Below, piece after piece: positions 50,479 to 58,149 of a stretch of 64,000 nucleotides of DNA. The notes under the pieces were generated by a model. The model made no database searches. It had not been told where the DNA came from and saw nothing but the letters and a program-made list of their open reading frames with translations. This stretch comes from Gammaproteobacteria bacterium (GTDB taxonomy: Bacteria; Pseudomonadota; Gammaproteobacteria; Steroidobacterales; Foliamicaceae). A program made the translations under genes and the position numbers. Numbering within the stretch: the stretch's first letter is position 1; every line of letters begins with the position of its first letter. The DNA is taken from the NCBI GenBank assembly GCA_965213995.1, contig OZ243929.1:1439236-1503235 (forward strand), in the 5' to 3' direction.

Positions 50479-52584
50479 TCAGGAGACGGAGGCGGAATCT
50501 TTAGCCTGGAGCTTTGGAAACAGCAGTGCCGCTCCCACCTGCAGGCTGTCGGGGTCAAGGCCGGGGTTGTACTGGCGCAGCAGCCACATGGGAATATCGT
50601 TGCGGCGCATGAGTTGCCATACGGAATCACCTCGGCGAACCTTGTATTCGGTGACGCCCACCACGTGGTAGTCGGAGAAAAACGCTTCCTGCAGCGCGTA
50701 ATGAAACGCCACCCGGCGCTCGGTGAAGGTTTGCGCGCTGACCCGGCTGAAGTCCAGCCGCAGCCGCTTGCCCACGCCCACCGGGCGTCCGAATCGCAGG
50801 CCGTTCAGATCCCGCAGCCGCTGGGTTCGGATTTCCAGCCAGTCCGCGTAATGCCCCAGCGTCTCGGCGGCCTGCACTTCGACCATGCCGCCGCTCATCA
50901 CCGAGTAGTCATTCGGGTCCACCAAGCTCACCACGCCGTACGACGGTCCGGTGGGCGCCGGCTCCACCGCAGCCTCGAGCGCCGGTCTGGCTTCCTCCCC
51001 GATCCCGTCGTTGGCCTCGCCGCCGCCGCCGATTTCAGCCGCCGCCATGAGCGATTGCGGCTCCGGCTCGGTGACGGGCGGCTCGGGAATAGGCAGATGG
51101 CCAGCCTTGAGCTTCAGTTCCTGTCCGATGTAAATCCGGTTCTTGTTGGGGATATCGTTCAGCGCCAGCAATTCAGCCTCGGACAAGCGGGCCCGTTGGG
51201 CGATGATGGCGATGGTGTCGCCCCGCCGCACGCGATAAGTGGCGGCGCCTTCTTCTATGGGCTGGGCGGCGGCGGGGGCCAGCCCGGGAATCTCCAGCGA
51301 TTGCCCCGCGCGGATGCGGTGCCTGTTTCGCAGGTTGTTGGTCTGCATGATTCTGGACACGGTGGTTCCGTAGCGCTGCGCGATCAGCGACAGCGTGTCT
51401 CCAGGCTGGATGATGTACTCGCGATCCCGAATCTGGCTGGCAAACCTGAGATCGTCCGCTATGCCCGCGATGAGCGCCTGCGCGTTATCGATGGGCGGCG
51501 CCCTCAAGGTGTAGTTCCGGGGCACGTAACGGGAGCTGCCCAGCACGTTTGCCCGAAAGCCGGGGTTGAGCTCCGCCAGGGTTCTTTCCGACACGCCCAA
51601 GGCATCGGCAAGCGTGTCCATTCGCAGATAGTCCGGCATGTCCAGCATCACGTAGCGAATGGGCGGATCCAGCGTGAGCGGCCCGAAGTAGCGTTCCGCG
51701 TCCTTCTCGATTTCCACCACCGCGATCAGTTCCACATAGAAGTTACGGCCCGCAAACTTGAAGGTTCGCCCCTTGTAGCGCCGCACAACCGTTTCGATAT
51801 CCCGTGTGCCCAACTGCCTTACGGCCCGCAGCATGGCGCCCACGCCCTGGTTGTAGGCGGTAATAGCGAGCGGCCAGCTGTCAAGAAGACTGTGGTTGTA
51901 GGCCAGCAACTGCGCCGCCGCCGTGGAAGCGCGCCAAGGGTCCAGCCGTTCGTCCATGACATTGTCGATGCGCATGAAACGGCGCCCGGTGGAACGCGTG
52001 AATTGCCACATTCCCAGCGCCGATGCCGAGGAGCGGGCCTTGGGGTTGAACGAGGATTCCACATGCGGCAGAGCCACCACGCCTTCAGGAACGCCATGCT
52101 CGCGCAGGGTTGCGAGGATATGCTCTCGCCAGCGCCCGGAGCGCACGAGGCCCTCCTTGAAGCGTTCCGCCATTCCCTGCTGCACGCGGATTCGTCCGGC
52201 CGCGGCCCTCAGGATGGCGCGCGAAGGATTGGGACCCCAAGCATCAAGCGCCCGCTGCTCAAGTTCGCTCAGCTTGGCCGGGCGATTGTCCGCCAAGCGG
52301 TTCAGGACATTGCGGTAGTCGCGCGCGGCCTTGCGGATGGCGTCGCGCCGTCCGCGGGGAGAAAGATTCTTCAATGAAACTTTCCCGTACACCACGCCGG
52401 CGTAAAGGTTGTCGTGAACCAAACCGGCCTCGCCGCCCACTTCGCCGAAAACCTGTTTCCAGAAATCAATCTCGGCGCGCATGCCTTCGGGAACCGGCAA
52501 GCCTCCGGTGTCGGCCGAGGCGGCGAAAGCGAGGGTGAGCGCGAGCGCCGGGAGCAGGGAGAGTGTTCTGGCGCAAGCCCGCAT
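50479..52584 (-). CDS. Lytic murein transglycosylase with three LysM domains (MltD-like)
   Basis: SLT core LPHVESSFNPKARSSASALGMWQF. LysM repeats YIIQPGDTLSLIAQRYG, YRVRRGDTIAIIAQRA and YKVRRGDSVWQLMRRN. Confidence 0.85.
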   Translation of the reverse strand: MRACARTLSLLPALALTLAFAASADTGGLPVPEGMRAEIDFWKQVFGEVGGEAGLVHDNLYAGVVYGKVSLKNLSPRGRRDAIRKAARDYRNVLNRLADNRPAKLSELEQRALDAWGPNPSRAILRAAAGRIRVQQGMAERFKEGLVRSGRWREHILATLREHGVPEGVVALPHVESSFNPKARSSASALGMWQFTRSTGRRFMRIDNVMDERLDPWRASTAAAQLLAYNHSLLDSWPLAITAYNQGVGAMLRAVRQLGTRDIETVVRRYKGRTFKFAGRNFYVELIAVVEIEKDAERYFGPLTLDPPIRYVMLDMPDYLRMDTLADALGVSERTLAELNPGFRANVLGSSRYVPRNYTLRAPPIDNAQALIAGIADDLRFASQIRDREYIIQPGDTLSLIAQRYGTTVSRIMQTNNLRNRHRIRAGQSLEIPGLAPAAAQPIEEGAATYRVRRGDTIAIIAQRARLSEAELLALNDIPNKNRIYIGQELKLKAGHLPIPEPPVTEPEPQSLMAAAEIGGGGEANDGIGEEARPALEAAVEPAPTGPSYGVVSLVDPNDYSVMSGGMVEVQAAETLGHYADWLEIRTQRLRDLNGLRFGRPVGVGKRLRLDFSRVSAQTFTERRVAFHYALQEAFFSDYHVVGVTEYKVRRGDSVWQLMRRNDIPMWLLRQYNPGLDPDSLQVGAALLFPKLQAKDSASVS

Positions 52585-52731
52585 AGTCGGGCTGCCTTTC
52601 TACACCAAAGCGGCGGGTTTCGCAATCCGCGCGCGGGTCTCAATCCTCCATGCGCCTTGCGCGATCAACCTTCCGATGGGCATCATTGCCGCTTAAGTTT
52701 CCAGCCGCGCCGCGAGGTGATTGGAGCCGCA

Positions 52732-53616
52732 GTGAACGAAAAGCCCGGCAAGGCGCAAGCAGCGCTCAAATCGCGCGCCCGCGCCTACGGGCGGCTGATC
52801 CGCTTGAACCGCCCAACAGGAACGCTGCTGCTTTTGTGGCCCACGCTGTTCGCAATATGGCTGGCCTCGGATGGCGTTCCGCCGGGCAATGTGCTGCTTG
52901 TTTTCGTTGCGGGCACCTTCCTCATGCGCTCGGCGGGCTGCGCGCTTAACGATTTTGCCGACCGCCGCGTGGATGCGCTCGTCAAGCGCACCCGCGACCG
53001 GCCGCTGGCAGCGGGTGAAATCCAGCCGGTCGAGGCCCTGGCGGTGGCTGCGGCCTTGACGGTGGCGGCCGCCTTGCTGGCGCTCACGCTGCCGCCTGTT
53101 GTGATCGGGCTTGCGGTGCTGGGCGCCGTCGCGGCCGCGTTCTATCCTTTCGCAAAACGCTTGGTCTCGGCGCCGCAGCTGGTGCTGGGCGTGGCGTTTT
53201 CCTGGGGCGTGCCCATGGCCTACGGGGCCTTGTCGGATTTCGGGGATATTTCCCTGTGGATGCTGTGGCCGCTGACCTACTTGTGGGTGGTTATTTACGA
53301 CACGCTGTATGCCATGGTCGATCGCGACGACGACTTGAAAATCGGCGTGCCGTCCACGGCTGTCCTTCTGGGCGGACGGGACATCGCTTTTATCGCGTGC
53401 GGCCTTGCCGCGTACTTGGCCGGGATGCTGGCATTAGGGCTTTTGCTGGGGCTCGGCGCGCTGTATTTCACCGGCTGGGCGGCGGCGGCGGCATGCGCGG
53501 GCTGGCAGGTCTGGCTGATTCGGGGCCGGGATCGAATGGGCTGTTTCCGGGCTTTCAACAACAATGCGCTGCTGGGCTTTTTCCTCTACGCCGGCTTGGC
53601 CATCGACATGCTCTAG
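52732..53616 (+). CDS. ubiA: 4-hydroxybenzoate polyprenyltransferase
   Basis: RLNRPTGTLLLLWPTLFAIW, NDFADRRVDALVKRTRDRPLAAGEI and YDTLYAMVDRDDDLKIG. The GTG at 52732 is preceded by GGAG. Confidence 0.85.
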   Translation: MNEKPGKAQAALKSRARAYGRLIRLNRPTGTLLLLWPTLFAIWLASDGVPPGNVLLVFVAGTFLMRSAGCALNDFADRRVDALVKRTRDRPLAAGEIQPVEALAVAAALTVAAALLALTLPPVVIGLAVLGAVAAAFYPFAKRLVSAPQLVLGVAFSWGVPMAYGALSDFGDISLWMLWPLTYLWVVIYDTLYAMVDRDDDLKIGVPSTAVLLGGRDIAFIACGLAAYLAGMLALGLLLGLGALYFTGWAAAAACAGWQVWLIRGRDRMGCFRAFNNNALLGFFLYAGLAIDML

Positions 53617-53667
53617 CCCCGCATATTGCAACAAGCGGCTTGTTGCCTTCCTAGTTCGGAGCGTGCT

Positions 53668-53775
53668 TCCCCTGCCCTTTCTCCGCCCCTTTCCCGCAGG
53701 AGACGCATGACTACTTGAAGCTTGACCTGCATAGGTCAAGAACCCGTCCATGGGGCTTGGCGGCGGACGGTCGCT
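53668..53775 (-). repeat. Family-1 element, copy f (degenerate, with nested insertion)
   Basis: The left arm and the core gagacgcatga|acccgtccatggggcttggcggcgg are present. The core is split by ctacttgaagcttgacctgcataggtcaag, which contains the hairpin cttgacct/aggtcaag. No matching right arm was found. Confidence 0.6.
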
Positions 53776-53862
53776 TCCGCCTCAAGTTATGATGGCAAGC
53801 CTTATGGCGGCGGCAAGACGGGCGGGAGCAGTGGCCGGGCTGGCATCGCCCGCCTGCGGGTA

Positions 53863-54726
53863 ATGCCCATGCCTGAAGCGGGGGCCATCGAAACGCCGTC
53901 GGGCAAGGGCGCGGCGGACGAGAATTTTCCCGTTGGCTCATGGTTGCTGCCGGCGCGATTGCGGCGGCATATCGCGGCGTTTTACGCCTACGCCCGGGCC
54001 ATTGACGATATTGCCGATAATCCGCAACTTGAGCCCTCGGAGAAAATCCGCCGTCTAGAGGGTTTCGCGCAGGCGGTGAGCGGAGCGAGAACGGACGACG
54101 CGGCCTACCGCACGGCGCACGATATCCGCCGCAGCCTTGCGGAAACCGGCGTTAGCCATCGGCACTGCGTGGATTTGACCCGCGCCTTCAAGCAGGACGC
54201 GGTCAAGCGGCGCTATGCCGATTGGGGCGAATTGATGGACTACTGCAACTTCTCCGCCGCGCCCGTAGGCCGCTACCTGATTGATTTGCACCGCGAGAGC
54301 GGCAGCGCCTACGAGCCCGCCGACGCGTTGTGCAACGCCTTGCAAGTCCTCAACCATTTGCAGGATTGCGTCGACGACTACCGCCTGCTCGACCGGGCAT
54401 ATCTGCCAGGCGACTGGATGCGCGAGGCCGGCGCAAACCTCGAAATGCTTCGCGAGCCTGCTGCCCCATGCGCCTTGCGTGAAGTTTTCAATCGCTGCCT
54501 GGATGCCACTGACGCCCTGCTGCTTTCGGCCAACCAGCTGGCCGGGCGCTTGCGCGGCGCGCGCTTCGCTATGGAGTCGGCGACGATAGTGGCCATTGCC
54601 TGGAAACTCAGCGCTGAATTGCGCCGCCGCGATCCGGTCGCGGAGCGGGTGGAATTGAGCAGGATGCAATTCGCCGGCTGCGTGATGCGCGGCATCGGTC
54701 GTGTATCGCTTGGCCGAAACGGCTAG
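53863..54726 (+). CDS. hpnC: Hydroxysqualene/squalene synthase HpnC
   Basis: SGKGAADENFPVGSWLLPARLRRHIAAFYAYARAIDDIADN is the HpnC-type N-terminus (ENFPV). A second Asp-rich region, LQDCVDD, follows. Confidence 0.8.
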   Translation: MPMPEAGAIETPSGKGAADENFPVGSWLLPARLRRHIAAFYAYARAIDDIADNPQLEPSEKIRRLEGFAQAVSGARTDDAAYRTAHDIRRSLAETGVSHRHCVDLTRAFKQDAVKRRYADWGELMDYCNFSAAPVGRYLIDLHRESGSAYEPADALCNALQVLNHLQDCVDDYRLLDRAYLPGDWMREAGANLEMLREPAAPCALREVFNRCLDATDALLLSANQLAGRLRGARFAMESATIVAIAWKLSAELRRRDPVAERVELSRMQFAGCVMRGIGRVSLGRNG

Positions 54727-54740
54727 AATAATGCTTCCGG

Positions 54741-55817
54741 TTGATTTTGGAGGTAGCCCTGTTGGGGAGAACGGCTCCTGTTTTCGTGACCGGTGCAGCG
54801 GGGCATGTCGGCGCCAATCTGGTTCGCCGACTGCTCCGAGATGGCGTGAAAGTGCGCGTTCTGCTCCGGCACCAAGACAACAATGAAGGGCTCGACGGCT
54901 TGGACGTGGAGCGCGTGTTCGGTGATATCCGCGACCTTGATGCCACGCGCAAGGCGGTGGAAGGCTGTCAAGGCGTGTACCATGTCGCGGCCAAGATATC
55001 GACCATCGAGGGCAATCACGCCCATCGGCGGGAAATATTCGATTGCAACGTTGTGGGCACCCGCAATATGCTTAAGGCCGTGCGGGAGGCCGATGCCGGC
55101 CGCATGGTGGTGACCGGCTCCTTCAGCGCCGTCGGCTATGATCTTGATAATCCCTCCTCCCCGGCCAACGAATCCATGCAGTTCTATCCCATGGAGCGCA
55201 CCATGCCTTACGAGCGCAGCAAGTCGCTGGTTGAGCATGAGTGCTGGCGCGCCGCGGCAGCTGGCCAGGATGTGGTGGTGGCGACCTGTTGCGCGGTGGT
55301 GGGCGCTGCGGATTTCTTTCCCTCGAGGCTGGGGAGCGCCTTGTGCGCCTTCAGCAACCGCAAGTTGCGGGCCTACGTGGATGGAGGCTTCGAGTTTGTT
55401 GCCGCCCGCGACATCGTGGAAGGTCATGTGCTGTGCATGGAGCGCGGGCGCTCGGGTGAAAAATACATTTTCAGCAGCGAGTACAAAACGATCTCCGAAA
55501 TTCTCGATCTGTTCGAGGAGGTTTCGGGTGCGCCGCGCCCAAACCGCCGGGTTCCGGTGGGCCTGATGCTGCCGTTCTCCGAGGTGGCGAGCTTTTATCT
55601 CAGTCGCTGCCATCCGGATTTTCCGCAGCGCTTTACGCCGGGCGCCATCCGCCTGCTGCGCAAGTGCTTGCACGCCGATACTGGCAAGGCCCAGCGGGAG
55701 CTGGGCTACCGGCCCACCAGCATCCGGGAAGCGGTGCATGAAGCCTATGCGTTCCATCATCAGCGCAATGCCATTACTCATCCGCTCGCCAAGGCGCCGA
55801 GGGAGGGTCCGGCGTGA
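54741..55817 (+). CDS. NAD-dependent epimerase/dehydratase family protein (HpnA-like / 3-beta-HSD-like SDR)
   Basis: VFVTGAAGHVGANLVRRLL Rossmann motif, with an extended-SDR catalytic YERSK (YxxxK). A TTG at 54762, preceded by GGAGG, may be the true start. Confidence 0.8.
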   Translation: MILEVALLGRTAPVFVTGAAGHVGANLVRRLLRDGVKVRVLLRHQDNNEGLDGLDVERVFGDIRDLDATRKAVEGCQGVYHVAAKISTIEGNHAHRREIFDCNVVGTRNMLKAVREADAGRMVVTGSFSAVGYDLDNPSSPANESMQFYPMERTMPYERSKSLVEHECWRAAAAGQDVVVATCCAVVGAADFFPSRLGSALCAFSNRKLRAYVDGGFEFVAARDIVEGHVLCMERGRSGEKYIFSSEYKTISEILDLFEEVSGAPRPNRRVPVGLMLPFSEVASFYLSRCHPDFPQRFTPGAIRLLRKCLHADTGKAQRELGYRPTSIREAVHEAYAFHHQRNAITHPLAKAPREGPA

Positions 55818-55876
55818 CAGGCGGAGAAGGAAATGACAGGCGCCTCAATGGCAGTTACTCCTAAGGAGGATTCGGC

Positions 55877-56986
55877 ATGAACCAGGCACAGGTAGAGGCA
55901 CAGGCAGCGCCGCCGCCCGGCTTTTACGAGGCCGGCAATTTGCGGCAGAAGTCCCGCGCCGCCGGCATGGACCCCGACTATTGGTACGCCGTGGAGGAAG
56001 TCCGGCGGATCAAGCCGGGGACTGTGGTCGAGGTGGTGTTCTGGAAACGCTCGATCGCGCTTTATCGCGCCAAGGACGGATCTTTTCATGCCATGGAGAA
56101 TCGCTGCGCGCACCGCCAGCTCAAACTGTCCTTGGGCGTGGTGGAGGGTTGCCGGCTGGTGTGCTCCTACCACGGCTGGAAATACGACCCGGACGGAAAA
56201 CTGGCCGATACCGATCATGAGCGGATGGGCAAATTGCCCAAGGTGCAAGTCAAAACCTATCCGGTGAAAGTGCGTTACGGCCTCGTATGGCTATTTCCAG
56301 GCGATCCGGACCGGGCCGAATCGCGCCCGATTCCGGATATTCCCGAACTTGAGGGGCGCGGTCGCTGGGCCTGCGTGCCTCTCACTTTTACTTGGACCGC
56401 TCATCACTCGATGGTGATCGATAATGTGAGCGATTTCTCGCATGCTTTTCTGCACCGCCGCTACCGTCCGTTTGTGGGCGCAAAGCTGACCCGTTGCGAA
56501 ACCGTAGGCGACGATGTGCATGTGTCCTACGACACGGAGATAGGCGCCGGCCGCATTTCCAGCCGGTTTGTGGACAAGGCTAGCGTCGACACCCAGTATA
56601 TCGAGCTTTGCTACCAGTACCCGTACCAGTGGTCCAATACCGACGATGCGATCAAGCACTGGCTTTTTGTGCTGCCGATTGATGAGCGGACCACCCGCGC
56701 GTTCTTCCTGTTCTATTTCAAATCGCTGAAAATCCCCGTGGTGCCGGTGCGGATTCCACGCTTCGCCATGACTGCGGTGCTGAAGCTATCCAACCGATGG
56801 CTGATCGGCCCCTTGCTGGGTCAGGACGGATTTGCGGTTGAGGCGGAGCAGGAAGGTTACGAGCGCCACTGGGATGCCCGCCCGCTTGAGTTCAATCCGG
56901 TGGTTAGAGCCTTTCAGAACGTGACGGTGCGCAAGTGGCAGGAGCACTTGGAGCGCGAGAAAGCCAACGGGGCCGCCAGTGCCTGA
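55877..56986 (+). CDS. Rieske [2Fe-2S] non-haem-iron oxygenase
   Basis: Rieske motif CAHRQLKLSLGVVEGCRLVCSYHGW (CxH...CxxH). Candidate mononuclear-iron motif NVSDFSHAFLH. A GGAGG RBS precedes the ATG. Confidence 0.85.
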   Translation: MNQAQVEAQAAPPPGFYEAGNLRQKSRAAGMDPDYWYAVEEVRRIKPGTVVEVVFWKRSIALYRAKDGSFHAMENRCAHRQLKLSLGVVEGCRLVCSYHGWKYDPDGKLADTDHERMGKLPKVQVKTYPVKVRYGLVWLFPGDPDRAESRPIPDIPELEGRGRWACVPLTFTWTAHHSMVIDNVSDFSHAFLHRRYRPFVGAKLTRCETVGDDVHVSYDTEIGAGRISSRFVDKASVDTQYIELCYQYPYQWSNTDDAIKHWLFVLPIDERTTRAFFLFYFKSLKIPVVPVRIPRFAMTAVLKLSNRWLIGPLLGQDGFAVEAEQEGYERHWDARPLEFNPVVRAFQNVTVRKWQEHLEREKANGAASA

Positions 56987-58073
56987 ATCCCAGTTCGCGG
57001 CACCCATTCTGTCGGGCGGCATGCTGATCGATGCCGCCGCGATGGCGGGCGTTTTTCTGGTTTGGCTGTTTGTCGGATCGATGTTTCTGCCCGGCGCCCG
57101 CGTTGCCGGGGAGGATGCGGAAGGGAACCCCGTGAGCTACCGGCTCAACGGCTTGGCGCTGTACCTGCTGACCGCGCTCGCGGCCGCCGCGGCCCATCTG
57201 GGCGGATGGTTCCCGCTGTCGGTGCTCTATAGCCATTTCTTCGCCCTGTTCGCAGTGGCGAATCTGTTCGCGTTTGCGCTTTCCGGATGGCTCTATTGGC
57301 GCGGCGCGCGCAAGCGCCGGCAGCCCGGATTTTGGCGGAACTTTTTCTACGGCACCGAGCTCAATCCTTCGCTGCTGGGCGTGGATCTTAAGATGTTCAG
57401 CTATCGCCCCTCGCTGATCGGGCTGGCGCTGCTCAATGCGTCCTTCGCCGTGGTGCAATACGAAACGCACGGTCGGATTACGCTGGCGATGGCGCTCTAT
57501 CAAGCGCTTGGTTTTATTTACGTGCTCAATTATTTTCAGTTCGAGCGCGGAATGCTGCGAACTTGGGATATCGTGAGCGAACGCTTCGGATGGATGCTGG
57601 TGTGGGGCGACTACGCGCTGGTGCCGTTTTTCTACTGCATTGCCGGTTGGTGGCTGGTGGATGCCGCCGGACCAGCCATGCATCCTGTTTTCGCCGCTGG
57701 CATCGCGCTGCTTTTCGGTGTCGGCTTCTGGATATTTCGCGGCGCCAACTCGCAGAAGGATCGCTTTAAGAATGATCCCGGGGCCATGATTTGGGGCAAG
57801 CCGGCGGAATCGCTTGACGGCCGGCTGCTTGTATCGGGATTTTGGGGCATCGGGCGGCATCTCAATTACACGGGGGAGATTTGCATCTACCTGGCGTTTG
57901 CCCTCACCACCGGGTTCTCTTCCTGGGTGCCCTATCTGCTGCCCGCTTGGATAGCGAGCCTTTTGTGGCATCGCTCGCGGCGGGATGAGCGCCGCTGTCG
58001 GGCCAAGTACGGCGAGCTGTGGGCGCGCTACCGGCAGCGGGTGCCCTGCTGCATGATTCCGTTTGTGTACTAG
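56979..58073 (+). CDS. ERG4/ERG24-family sterol reductase (Delta14/Delta7/Delta24-type)
   Basis: FFYGTELNP, WDIVSERFGWMLVWGDYALVPFFY, FRGANSQKDRFK, LLVSGFWGIGRHLNYTGE and LLWHRSRRDERRCRAKYGELWARYRQRVPCCMIPFVY are family hallmarks. The GTG overlaps the Rieske gene stop by 8 nt. Confidence 0.85.
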   Translation: MPESQFAAPILSGGMLIDAAAMAGVFLVWLFVGSMFLPGARVAGEDAEGNPVSYRLNGLALYLLTALAAAAAHLGGWFPLSVLYSHFFALFAVANLFAFALSGWLYWRGARKRRQPGFWRNFFYGTELNPSLLGVDLKMFSYRPSLIGLALLNASFAVVQYETHGRITLAMALYQALGFIYVLNYFQFERGMLRTWDIVSERFGWMLVWGDYALVPFFYCIAGWWLVDAAGPAMHPVFAAGIALLFGVGFWIFRGANSQKDRFKNDPGAMIWGKPAESLDGRLLVSGFWGIGRHLNYTGEICIYLAFALTTGFSSWVPYLLPAWIASLLWHRSRRDERRCRAKYGELWARYRQRVPCCMIPFVY

Positions 58074-58149
58074 GAGCTTGCGGCCGGCCCGTGGGGCGCG
58101 AAAACCGCTTCGCCGCGACACGGCGCCGTTGGCAGTCCCGCCTGTTTAG

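Noticed and set aside
50614-52377. 587-aa ORF on the plus strand
   Set aside because: It is antisense to the well-supported MltD-like gene, which has an SLT core and LysM motifs. This is a shadow ORF.
54723-58121. Minus-strand ORFs 54723-55781 and 56904-58121
   Set aside because: They are antisense to the SDR and ERG4/24-reductase genes. The plus-strand products carry full family signatures.
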